Source: Botryllus schlosseri (taxonomy: Eukaryota). Taken from it: DNA of 64,000 nucleotides. The position numbers were made by a program, and so were the translations under genes. The notes below the pieces were generated by a model. It was not told the DNA's origin. It saw only the letters and a list, made by a program, of their open reading frames with translations, and did not search any database. How positions within the stretch are numbered: position 1 is the first letter of the stretch; each line of letters starts with the position of its first letter. Of this stretch, positions 11,901-22,886 are shown piece after piece. The stretch is from contig CM119372.1 of the NCBI GenBank assembly GCA_051294905.1, positions 24,120,001-24,184,000 on the forward strand. Reading direction: 5' to 3'.

Positions 11901-14900
11901 AAGTTGACTCGAGTCTGACTCGGGTCAATTCATGACTCGAGTGATCCCAATACTGACATCTTCTTTAAATTAAATTACCAAATCCAGGGATATTTAGATA
12001 TCCCTAAGCAACTTATAGGACACATTCCAGAGGACTTTTTGGATATTGATCATACAAAATGTACAATTGAACTCTGAAAAAGTCTGCATTATATAGATCG
12101 TCGGCTGTTATAAGGAAAAGACAAAATTGGACCGTAACGTGTTTCGACAAACCTTCAACACAATCGTTCCTATTATCAATTCATTTTTCTGACACCTCCG
12201 TGTATACTTACGAGCTTTAAAAGCGTCGTAACTGCAAAGTTTCTTAGTCACAATTGATCTGCGTAATCCAGAATCAAAATAATGTCAATGTAGCAAATTA
12301 AGCCTGATAATTATTGTCACCAGAAGTCACCAAACCTTCCTTATCACCATAATTGCAAAGTTCAATTCGTACAACGTGTCGTTCCGAGAAATATCCGACT
12401 TTAATTAAATATATAATATTATAGTAGGCCTATGGCTAAATTATTATAGAAGTAGGGGAGATGTGGTACCGATGGATCAAAAATTGGAAAATGATCGCTG
12501 GCCCCGAAATGTTCAGCCGAAAACAGCAGATCTTTTGCTGGCTCAGCACTTTGATACAAGCTCTACCTATCGCTCACATATACATGAATATCCGTCTTTT
12601 CAAAAAATATTTATGGACGTTCAAAATTTGTTGCTCGAACGTGTCATCGGTCCCCACCCGGTGGGTCCAATGGCACACGACCCCGGGACCTATTACACAT
12701 ATACCCTAAAAAACTCAAATGTGACTACTTTTCTTGCTCAGTATTATAATCTAAGCTACAGCAAGCCAAAGAAGAATGTTTGGTCGCAACTGTCCAAAAA
12801 TAGAATAAATATTAACTCAAATGTTGTCATAAAATCACGTTTCGATTTAGGCTCGGACTTATAAATTTGAGGGTACATACATATTGCCCGAAAATCGACA
12901 GTGTGACTTCTAAATACCTCGTTATGGCGATAAAACATCATATGCAATTATTACATAAAGATTTTCTGTACGTAGGCATGTTTCATTTGTTTCATAATTA
13001 GTATGCTTGATTATTTTGCTTGATTTGGCTATTGTATCATCGGTCCCCACCCTACGAATTTTATACATGAATCGAAAAAGAGTCCACTCACTGAAAGTAC
13101 TGAAAAAAATAATAGGTGCCATTATACAGCCTGATACAAGCCTTACACTTCACAATAAAAATGATTGCTGGTTTGTTCGTGTTGAAGGTTACAAATAAAA
13201 ATGTATATGTCGATCTAAATTTAGTTTACACCCCCCAAAACAAAAATCATCTGTGAGAGACCCCATAGCTCGCGCACGTCGAATTTTTTTGTGTGTGAGG
13301 AAAGATTTTGCCAGCATGCAATTGTAGACAAGTTCACGGAGTCTAATCATGGAATTATCATAGAGAATTTTCAAAGTATTTTCGGTCCCAGTGATCCATC
13401 GGTACCACATCTCCCCTACTTGAAGTCAATGCCATTTCGGGAATCTAGTCTGGCCATTATTGTTTATTATTGCCAATACGTTAGACCACAGCGATAACGT
13501 AATTATTAGGGCCACTCAGTTAACAGAAATATGCCTCGACTAGAACAATATTTCAAAATTTATACTCAAAATGGAAAAAAATCAAAGAGGCTCATGCCGA
13601 TCTAAATACCCTTGATTTCGGAAAAGAACTGCTTGAGCTCAGAAACTACACGAAGAAGCGATTCGACAAAAACGATGGGAAACAAATTATGGAGCTACAA
13701 CGACAAGACATTTCGCCAGTGCTGTATGCAAAACTGCAGAAGTGTCAACCCTCATCAGTGTCTGTGAAATCATTTTACGTCCAAATCGTAACTTCAGAGA
13801 CTCTAACATTCCACACTAGGATGAAACTGTACTACAACAGTGGGTTAAAATAAAAATGGATGTGTATTACTGTTATGTTGCGTATGTTTTACTCCGTAAT
13901 TCCGTGAGTAAAAATACGCAATTTTCACATAAAGTCATATAAAGTCATATTTTCCAAAAATTAAAGTCATATTATTGATTTTTTAAGGTCATATAAAAAT
14001 GGCCCTAGTAAAAATGAATGACTGTTTGATTTTTCAAGTGGAATATGATCTCTTCTGACATTAATCGTATCTCCGTGTCATTGCCAAGGCCCCAAAAAGG
14101 TCCTGTGCAACTTGCGAATCGCTCACTCGACCTTTAAATTCGTTTGCAATGAGAGAAACGAGTTTTAAGTAGTTATTTATAGTATGTATTAGTTTATACT
14201 GAGATCGCCATCGTGTATTTTTCATTTTTATATCCTTTGATATAAATTTCTAGCCTAATAAATTTATTTCTATCCGCTCAAGACACACAATGCAGTATGC
14301 AATATCTACATATGACACACCCGATATAATGAACGGATAGAAGATTGCTGAAACGATATGCCCTGGCCCAATGCCTGATATAAAACTGTTCGCTATATAT
14401 CTTTTGACGCTTCTCCTTGCTCTCTTTATTCACTTTATATTTTGTATAACTTTGTATTCGTCATTCACAACGTCTTTTTTCAAAAGGACGCTGTATATGA
14501 ATACTGACGTAACATCATGTCTGCGATGAGGAGCCTGGACATCAATTTACATTATACAGTGACCGTCCGGCCGAAGATGACAGCGGTCTCAAACCACCTC
14601 TTCAACTTACAATCCATGCATAAGAAGCAAACAATTCAGATTTTCTGGCGCCGGCAGTAAAGACATAATGACCTGACGATATACATCCTGAATCAAGCAT
14701 TTTTTTAGTAATGGCTGGAAGAGCCCACCGCTGTAACTTTGCTCCCGGTCTTCCCCTATATTTGGATATGAAATTTAAATCATAATGTAGGCATGCAATT
14801 TGCAGAGAAGCAAAATAGGATTTTGATTTTAAAATGACCAAAGGAAACAAATCGAACGTTTCAATTTTCACGAGGACATATACCTGAATTTTCATTCGAA

Positions 14901-16531
14901 TTTTGCAATTTCAATGTTGAAAGTAGGGTGGGTAGCAAAATATATATTTTGATTTCAAGTAGAAAAAAGTTGGATTTGAAATTATGCTTTATGCGCAGAC
15001 TGTATGCAGAATAAGGTCAGTCAAATGCAAAATAAGGTCAGTCCATGGTAAATAAGGTCAGTCGCGACATGCAAAATAAGGTCAGTCACATGCAAAATAA
15101 GGTCAGTCACATGCAAAATAAGGTCAGTCGCGACATGCAAAATAAGGTCAGTCACATGCAAAATAAGGTCAGTCACATGCAAAATAAGGTCAGTCGCGAC
15201 ATGCAAAATAAGGTCAGTCACATGCAAAATAAGGTCAGTCGCGACATGCAAAATAAGGTCAGTCACATGCAAAATAAGGTCAGTCGCGACATGCAGAATA
15301 AGGTCAGTCACATGCAAAATAAGGTCAGTCGCATGCAAAATAAGGTCAGTCGCATGCAAAATAAGGTCAGTCGCGACATGCAAAATAAGGTCAGTCACAT
15401 GCAAAATAAGGTCAGTCACATGCAAAATAAGGTCAGTCGCGACATGCAAAATAAGGTCAGTCACATGCAAAATAAGGTCAGTCGCATGCAAAATAAGGTC
15501 AGTCGCGACATGCAAAATAAGGTCAGTCACATGCAAAATAAGGTCAGGCACATGTAAAATAAGGTCAGTCGCATGCAAAATAAGGTCAGTCGCATGCGAA
15601 ATACGGTCAGTCGCCACATGCAGATTGCAGACTGTAAGGTCAGTGGCACAAGAAAAAAGTCGGATTTGAAGTAAGTATTTGGATTTATACACGGACTGTT
15701 AATATTCTAGATGCGACTAATCACCCCGTAATCGTAATAATCGTCTGATCATGTTTTATTTAAACATCTTCACCTTTAGGATATAGATGAGGAATCTCAA
15801 TCATGAAATTACTATATAGGAAAGATATTTTAAATTTATTTTTCATAAGAGAAAGAAATATGAATTTGGATTTACGCGCCGACTGATAATAATATTTCAC
15901 ATGCGACCCGGAGTGGAATTGGTGGCAACGTCACGCAGGATTTTCTGTTTAATTCCTTAATTATTCTATATAGAAAAGCTCTCATCACGCAGGATTTATT
16001 TCAAAAAATGGACAGAGATTCCATATAGGCATGCGACTGACTTCGTAATCAAGATAATCATGGTTATCTTTTGATTGAAACATCCTAAGACTTAGGATAT
16101 AGATAAGGAATTTCACTGTTGAACGTAGGCTACTATACAGGAAAGATATTTTGAATTTCGTTTTCATAAGAAAAAGAGTTGGATTTGGAATTGAAATATA
16201 GATTTGGATTTATACGCGGACTGACCTTATTTTGCATGTCGCGACTGACCTTATTTTGCATGTGTCTGACCTTATTTTGCATGTCGCGACTGACCTTATT
16301 TTGCATGTTTTTGACCTTATTTTGCATGTCATCGCACCAACCCTGTAGTCTAATTGGGCCACAAGACCACGTTCTTTGATCAAGCCTAGTAAGGCTTGGA
16401 TAGCTGCATAGCTCCATGTTTTCTACAAATATACAGATATGTTTTGAAATTGTTTAAAACTCTAAATAAACCATCCTACGGTGTCTTACCTTTACCTTTT
16501 TCTGGATATGAATGCTTGCGGACTCCGACAT
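5923..16531 (-). CDS. Myb/SANT-like (trihelix, Myb_DNA-bind_4-type) DNA-binding protein, 232 aa reconstructed; exon 2 interrupted by a foldback transposon (functional status uncertain)
   Basis: Exons 16531..16490, 16422..16349 + 9850..9773, 9711..9561, 9500..9464, 9396..9334, 7824..7759, 6156..6019, 5972..5923. All GT-AG, phases consistent, no internal stop. Encodes WSYAAIQALLGLIKE...IFEDLTNRLAEEGHTFTWEQVKNQWKYLKRAY...WPPFSQLDELLGTRP, a basic KHKRKR patch and a C-terminal coiled-coil-like helix. Confidence 0.8.
6019..6156 (-). CDS. Myb/SANT gene exon 7 (coiled-coil-like)
   Basis: ttattag|...|gtgagt; SGSIEDRLLSLMDEDRKLRREVLNAIHREGQADREMMMQLMSSIT. Confidence 0.75.
6200..7709. mobile_element. 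degenerate DNA-transposon-like sequence in Myb gene intron 6
   Basis: Repeated tagttctagttgctgattttgaaaatt units at 6240-6300 and 7550-7700; hAT-like end caatactg at 7709; left end and TSD not resolved. Confidence 0.4.
8049..9254. mobile_element. non-autonomous DNA transposon with TA TSD and telomere-like interior
   Basis: Long TIRs cggt..ccagtgaactcggcacttggtgaattcggcc with internal direct repeats; TA at 8047-8048 and 9255-9256. Confidence 0.85.
8576..9030 (+). repeat. degenerate TTAGGG / G-tract minisatellite
   Basis: More than ten TTAGGG motifs embedded in ttagggttgggg-like units; extreme G skew. Confidence 0.85.
9561..9711 (-). CDS. Myb/SANT gene exon 3
   Basis: tgcag|...|gtattt; EQVKNQWKYLKRAYYRIKK...WPPFSQLDELLGTRPRTA. 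Confidence 0.85.
10480..11380 (+). repeat. 21/24 bp tandem array, left foldback arm
   Basis: Units gactgaccttattttgcatgt (21) and gactgaccttattttgcatgtcgc (24). Confidence 0.97.
11723..11955. mobile_element. hAT MITE rich in gactcgagtc
   Basis: TIR cagtgttgggatca / tgatcccaatactg; TSD atatcttc/acatcttc (7 of 8). Confidence 0.85.
12455..13416. mobile_element. MITE with TA TSD (Tc1/mariner/pogo-like)
   Basis: Perfect TIR ggggagatgtggtaccgatggatca flanked by TA. Confidence 0.88.
13507..14007 (+). mobile_element. deleted hAT copy, same family as 3343-4261
   Basis: Ends tagggcca...tggcccta; shares the transposase 3' remnant and aagtcatat subterminal repeats. Confidence 0.8.
15000..15645 (-). 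repeat. 21/24 bp tandem array, right foldback arm
   Basis: Reverse complement of the 10480-11380 array with fewer units. Confidence 0.97.
15908..16029. mobile_element. 122 bp insertion in the right foldback arm
   Basis: Absent from the left arm; 8 bp TSD catgcgac (15900-15907, 16030-16037); imperfect TIR sharing tggaat. Confidence 0.75.
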
Positions 16532-16815
16532 AACAGTATCGTAACGTATACTTAATTAACCACAGAACTGAAAAGTATGCATATATCGCGTGAAATTATT
16601 GAAAATTCGCCGATGAATTGAAATTTATCATAACAGCTAACATTTCCCGACCAGAGATCTTCCCTATCGCACGTCAAAGCTCGCAATACCCTGCTCCAAA
16701 GTCGAGCGGCAATCGCTCGATAGAAATTTTAGCAACCATCGACAAAATCTCCCGCCATGACGTAGGCTAACGGAACACCCATCGTCACGCTTGCTTGAAC
16801 AGAGAGGAGTGCCGC

Positions 16816-17070
16816 TCAAGTTCAAGTTTATTCATAAAATTTCGACACTTCAAAACATAACAAGACTACAATACAATGAATGACATGAAGATGCCGAAAC
16901 GACTAGGAGTATTCTTTGAGATGAGACACCCACATGAGCCTAGGCGATGTAAAGGATGCATGCATACCGAATGAAAGTAAAAGAAATTAATATAAAATGC
17001 AAGCGATAAAATTAGATGGTTAGTGACGGAAGGCGAGATCGATATGTCAGGTCGTGGTCCGGTAAATGGT
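16816..17070 (-). mobile_element. LINE 3' end fragment
   Basis: Similar to the 3'UTR at 18150-18182 + 19494-19635; minus-strand AATAAA followed by a cttgaa repeat tail. Confidence 0.6.
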
Positions 17071-18182
17071 GTGGGCTGAGTAGTATTCATTCAGTACAAA
17101 TAGCTTGTATTTCTATTTGAATAAGGACATCCTCGACGACTGACTCAGCAATCTGAAAGCAACTTAATTTCTAATCCCACAGTTAAAGACCCGAGCAGGG
17201 TCCTAACTAAGTCCCAAGCCTCAGAGTCACAAGTCAATCTCACTTTTATAGTTTTGAATCGAGTAAAGTCGAGTCGAGTCATTTTCAATTAACTAATGAG
17301 TCAAGTCAGCAATCAGAGGGTCGAGTCCGAGTCCAAGTCAAGTCAGTCTTGACTGCTCATGTTACTAGTTAAAGTCTTGTTAACCCACTTTTTATAACTC
17401 TGTTTGGTGATATTGAATGGTTCGCAATTATAATATACTAATTTTACTCACTTTTACAAGTTTCTGGCCCCATTTTCAAGTAGCGGTACTATAATAGACG
17501 AAATCTCAATAGTAACTTTACTATACTTCAAAATTACATTTTTGGATGATGAGTCACATACAATCACTCAAACGACAACTCTCGAAGGTATGTGGTAGGC
17601 CTATGTTTCGCTGCCTTATCTACACTCTGCCAGTTTGGGTTCTGTTGATACTCTTCAACACTTTATTCCTATCAAAGTTACAATACGGAATTCTTTGTTG
17701 GGGCGCTGCCTGCAAGAAGACTGACCCACTGCAAAAACCTCATCATAGGACCACCCGTATCATTGCCAAAGCCCCACGGGGGCCTGCTGGATGTGCGACT
17801 GATAAATCGCTACTCAAAAGATTTGGTGTTCTAAACATAGACGATATGATGAAACTAGAAATTGCCAAGTTTATGAATCACTTCCATTGCGGTCAATGTC
17901 CCTCAAATTTCAACGACTAGCCTACTTCACCTCGGAGTCAAAAGCGCACAAGTACAGCACACGCGCATCAACGAAGAACTACCATATGATCAGGAAGGAA
18001 TACAGAAGAAGACGCGTTGCTCTATCAAGTATGCCGGACCCCAATTGTGGAACAGCATCTCGCTGGCTATCCGACAGTCATCAAGCATGTCCGCATTCAA
18101 GACGAAGTATACAAGCAATCTCTTCAAAATGAATAGCCTACTAGCCAGCCTTCAGGATTACCGGACCACGACCTAACATCGA

Positions 18183-19485
18183 CAGAGGTGGTCAAAGTAG
18201 TCAAGAAAGCTACTCAAGTAGAAGTAGAAGTAGCGAGGAAAAATCTACTCAAGTACGAGTAGAAGTACTTCTTCCATAAGCAACCTAAAACTATACTTGA
18301 ATAGAAGTAGATGTGAATGACTTTAAATCTACTCAAGTAAGTAAGTAGTTATGAAAACGACCCTAATTCGTTTACATGGATTTTTAAAAGGTGCGAATTG
18401 AGCTATGCGAATAGTGCCGAGCTTGATTCATATTGATGCATACCAGAAGGTATCCAATTTACGACAGCATAAGCATTTGCGTCCGCATCATGGGATGAAA
18501 ATGATAGTATTGATATGGAAATGCGATATAATCTTCCGTTTTCTCGAACAGCACGTTTTAGAAAATATCATGGCATGGCGCCCTCCCCCATATTATAAGG
18601 CCCGTAGTTTAGCCGAAGAGCGATCAGGAGAAGTTGTATAGGATACGGTGTATACACTATGCGCGATTAGTAAACATTAATAAAAAATATGGTGGACCGT
18701 AAAAATACAATATTGTGTATTTCCGGAAATTAAAGGCATTACTACACTTGCTTTTATACTTCAACATGTATGTTATCCAGAGAACAGAACTGATATTAAT
18801 TAAATTAAATTAAATTAAAAGTATATGATACTGGGAATTGAAAGTGAAATATTAATACTCCTTCTAAAAGCGGGACATGTATTTCATGTCTTTAGTCAAG
18901 AAAGTTTCAAAGGTGGTAGGCCTATGCTAAAGCGGCTCTAAAACTAAAAAAGTTAGAGTCCACTTTTTCAGATTAGAACACGCAATTGGCATGCTAGATT
19001 ACGATATGATAAGTAAATGCTAGATTGCGAAACATCAGTTTCAAACGTTATGAGCCATATATACTCTGATGAAATATTTCATATGGGCGAAGGGCGACAA
19101 TGTGGTGTGAACAGAACCACGCCAAGCCGCTACCTAAATTATATTCACCGATACATTCGTGAAATCATACTGGTTACTCCGACTCCACTGCGCGCGAAGC
19201 GCGACGAAAATTCTGGGTTTTACTCAACTTTTATGAAAATTAAATGTTGATACTCCGTGAAAATAACCCCGAAATTCTTCAGGCTATCTGCCTGATTGGA
19301 GGATTGAACTACTTCTACTTGACAAACTGAAAATAGCGAAAAGTAAGTATAAGTAGATCACAAAATATTACAAAGTAGAAGTAGAATTAGCGAAAATCAG
19401 ATCTACTAGAGTAAGTACCAGAAGTAGAGGAAAACTACTTGAGTAGTTCGAAAAAGTAGAAGTACTTCGTTACTGACCATCTCTG
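18183..19485. mobile_element. hAT MITE (aagtag subterminal repeats)
   Basis: TIR cagaggtggtca / tgaccatctctg; 8 bp TSD aacatcga; partial relatives near 27190-27410, 39390-39570, 45600-45770, 62190-62821. Confidence 0.9.
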
Positions 19486-19637
19486 AACATCGACCTCGCT
19501 TTCTGCCACATGCCACCTCATTTTGTCGCTTGTGTCTTATATTCCTGCATTACATTTCATTCAGTGTGCATGCCTCCTCTTTACTTCGCTTAGGCCAAGG
19601 TGGGTGCCTCATCTTAAAGGCTACTCACCGACGAGAT

Positions 19638-19672
<35 letters not shown>
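19638..19672 (+). repeat. (ATC)n microsatellite, LINE tail
   Basis: Perfect ATC run directly after the LINE 3'UTR. Confidence 0.9.
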
Positions 19673-19674
19673 TA

Positions 19675-19835
19675 CTCCGACAAGATAGCGTAGTGGTGAA
19701 GCGTCCGGCTTCTGGTTCGGTAGGTCATGGGTTCGATCCCCGGCGCCGGGTCAGACCAATGACCTGATTAGCAATACTGGTATCCATGACTTCCCTACTT
19801 GGCGCTCGTGCATTACTGGGATAGCATGGAGGGGT
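19675..19835 (+). mobile_element. tRNA-derived SINE
   Basis: Pol III A box tagcgtagtgg and B box ggttcgatccc followed by a non-tRNA body. Confidence 0.75.
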
Positions 19836-21978
19836 GGTGCAAGACTTAGAAAGCCGTGCCTTCCTTGTTCAGCGGCATATGCACATAATGAACTCATGGT
19901 ATGCATTATGTCCAGATCGTGTGTATATCTATCATGAATCGGTGTACATGCCGCAAAGCATCAAGGATAGAAATAGACTATACGTCCTTTCTCGACACCT
20001 CCCTATCTTTTCTTTGTATCGCAGTTTTATAGTGTTTTGACACGATGAAAATATTAATAAAACAGATTGATTGATAACAATGTAATTTCGGTCTTGGCCG
20101 TCTGAGTCTCGATGAGTCATATGACTTGGTTCAAGTCATGCAATATGACTCGGGTCCAAGTCGAGTCAATATGCAGATTGACTCATGTCATCAGAAAATT
20201 GTGACTCGAGTCAAGTCGAGTCATCAGAAAATCATGACTCGAGTCATTACAACCTGGACCTGGACCCGAGGGCTGATCTTGTTTGAAACCTACTGTCGCG
20301 CTGATTCTGTAAATATAGATTTAAATGGGCAATGGAGCCACCCCGAAATAGCCGTCAAAGTCTGAAAATTGGCTTTGTTCCAAATAACAATCGTAGCGAC
20401 ACAGCACAGTGACCATAACAATAACCCATGCGTTGCGTGTTTATATCACTGCTCAGCTATATAGCTCAGTGGTGTTGCGTATTTATCCGTCGGTTAAGTT
20501 ATCTATGGTAGTGTGATTATTTACAAAGAAATAACGGGCAGCCATAATGCCGAAACAGGTCTTCCCGAAACAAACAAGTCTTCCCGAATGGCGATCCTTC
20601 GATCATGTTCGCTGTTTGCCGCAGATATTTGTCAGAATTCCCGAATATATTTGTCCTCGTGTTCGTGATAAGACCGCACGAAATACCAATCATAAAAATT
20701 TTCGCCGATTTCTCGAACACCGAAGATTTCTATTCTTACGAAGGGCATGTAATAAACTCCCAGATGAAGAACGCACTAAAAGAAGAAGGGAATGGAAAGA
20801 GCGAGAAAGAGCCGCAGAATACAGACTAACTTTGAAAAACTGTAACTGGGCACTAGACCAAGGTGGATGCCAGATAACTGGTCGTTTTGGCATCCTCCTA
20901 TTTGATCATTACATAGCATTATGTCTTGTGTATCGCATTGCACGTTGTTTGTCGTCTTGATTGAGAGCTGTAAAAATGTTAGTTATAAAGATAAATAAAA
21001 ATATAAACGATGGTAGGAAATGAATAAGAAGTGGAGTGAAAATATAATATGGCAATTATTATTATAACAACCAAAAGTACTTTCGAAGATACAGCTGTCC
21101 TTTAAAGTTTCGGAATCTGTAGCTTTGAAAGTATGGAAAGAGGAGTTTATACTCAATATCAGAATCGTGGGTTGATCCTGGGTTTTATAAAAAATGAAAG
21201 TCAGAAGTCTACAAATCTTATATTTCTTTAGAAGCCGCCGGAATATCGGCTGACTATATCCTAAATTCCGATCCGGAGATAGTAAATCACGCAATATATA
21301 ATTGGCGATCTTTCATAGCTGATGATTGATGAAAGATGGACTGAAATCAATGTTACAATGCGGCCTAAGCACGAATGGAACGTATAACGGCACCCTAGGT
21401 TCTTTTATTTGCAATGTTTGGTTTGTTTTGGGTTCACCCGAAGCCATAGTTCAGTGTTGAGTCTTGAGGGGCTTTATTCACCCTTTGTTTAAGGCAGGGA
21501 CGGGCAGTATACGGCCCGCGAAGGGATTTCGACCGGCCCGCAGAGAGTTTGTACCCTGAAAGTGAAATTCTATTCTTGAAGTATTGACAAATTTTATGCG
21601 TCACAGAATGAATCCAAGTTTGCCGATCTGAGAAAGATGGAAACGGAACTATACTTGCTCTGTTCGGGTGTACATATATGTATAATATTGACCATAAACA
21701 TTAATGAGTGAAGGCTGCGTCCCAAAATAACTGATGTTCACGTGCAGTCTGTACCAAGGGACTACATATGATGACATGTAGCCAGACTGCCAGAGTTCAA
21801 AGAACTTGTTGACAACTCTGACCGACCCCAGATGTCTGATCGACTTCAACAGCTACTGCTAATAATGTCATTAAATACTGTTTTGGTCTCCATGCCTCAA
21901 ACTTGGAGTGTGCATTAAATTTGTGGAGTGTGCAGTTGATATATTCCATGTATATGTGGATATAGGGCAGGGCTGTAA

Positions 21979-22886
21979 GGCCCTGTGGATATACGCAGTT
22001 CACGCAGTTCACGCAGTTCACGCAGCTCACGCAGTTCACGCAGATCACGCAGGTCACGCAGGTATCACGTAGGTATCACTCTTCCACGTTGTTCTGGTGC
22101 TCAGGTATCAAGTCTGGAGTGTTTTTGGGGATGTGTTCAAGTTTATTTAGTAATCAGGTATCTCGCAGGTAAACCTCCAGCACTTAGGAATCGAACTCTG
22201 AAGTCGACCTCGGCCGGACTCGAACCCGTGTGTCTGCGGTGTGTTCACGCTAGTTATCATGCCTTGTGTATATATTTGTCGCCGATTTTTAAATTCGTTG
22301 AATTTGCATTTTGCCCGATGGTTTGAAGCGGCTGAAGGAGACACTTTGCTCGAGTGAGCTGACGACCTGGACTAGCATCGAACAGGCGGCCTTGGAAGAA
22401 AAATTTATACTGCTACCGGTAGTGGTTACTTCCAACATTTGGAACGCAGATCCCAAGCGGCGAAAGTTCATCTGTGATCCTTGATGAGACGAAGGAGCGA
22501 AAAGGAAGCGAATGTGATGAACGGGATTTCGTATCTCATTTCCCAAATACATCAAGTTGAACGCTTATGTCCATTAATTAAAGAAATAACACCTCAATGT
22601 CGTCATAGTCAATTCATGGTCTACTTTGGACGTACGTCACAAAGATGCGAATTTTCGGACAGATAATATGGAGTTTGCGCAGCTGTTCTCAGATTAGTTG
22701 ATATCATTATTGATGTAGTGGAATAATTGGCTACTATATAATTTATTTGCAGTTCACCAATATAATTGGCAACCTTCGTTGCGAGTTACTTTCAAAGAGG
22801 AAGCTAAAACTCGTTTCAGACAGATAATAAATGCGTGAACTGCGTGAACTGTGTGAGCTGCGTGAACTGCGTATATCCACAGGGCC
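21979..22886. mobile_element. MULE-like element with 9 bp TSD
   Basis: TIR ggccctgtggatatacgcagttcacgcag with 9 bp cacgcagtt repeats; TSD gggctgtaa (21970-21978, 22887-22895). Confidence 0.9.
22150..22263 (-). mobile_element. tRNA-derived SINE fragment
   Basis: Minus-strand B box gggttcgagtccggccgaggtcgac, matching the SINE at 29627. Confidence 0.65.

Larger units (their letters stand above)
9860..16348. mobile_element. foldback-type (MULE-like) DNA transposon, 6489 bp
   Basis: 9 bp TSD tctaattgg (9851-9859, 16349-16357); inverted arms of ~1.4-1.5 kb starting agggttggtgcgatgacatgcaaaataaggtca; no intact transposase seen. Confidence 0.92.
17546..19672 (+). mobile_element. 5'-truncated LINE (L2/Crack/CR1 group): ORF2 C-terminal remnant plus 3'UTR
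   Basis: Frameshifted LLILFNTLFLSKLQYGILCWG...HKYSTR...YAGPQLWN, typical of the post-RT region; 3'UTR split by a MITE; ends in a (CAT)n tail. Confidence 0.85.
17196..20262. mobile_element. gactcgagtc-family hAT MITE expanded by nested insertions
   Basis: Inverted relative of 24626-25205 in two halves (17196-17540, 20078-20262); 8 bp TSD gacccgag (17188-17195, 20263-20270). Confidence 0.75.

Noticed and set aside
14310..14895. minus-strand exon-like segments inside the foldback, with in-frame TGA (possible selenocysteine)
   Set aside because: No consistent spliced frame, no recognisable homology, no SECIS-like structure noticed.
10480..15645. CRISPR-like repeat array
   Set aside because: Units are directly adjacent with no unique spacers; eukaryotic context and no cas genes.
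19675..19750. tRNA gene (also 29627-29700)
   Set aside because: A and B boxes are present but there is no convincing acceptor stem or poly-T terminator, and SINE-like bodies follow.
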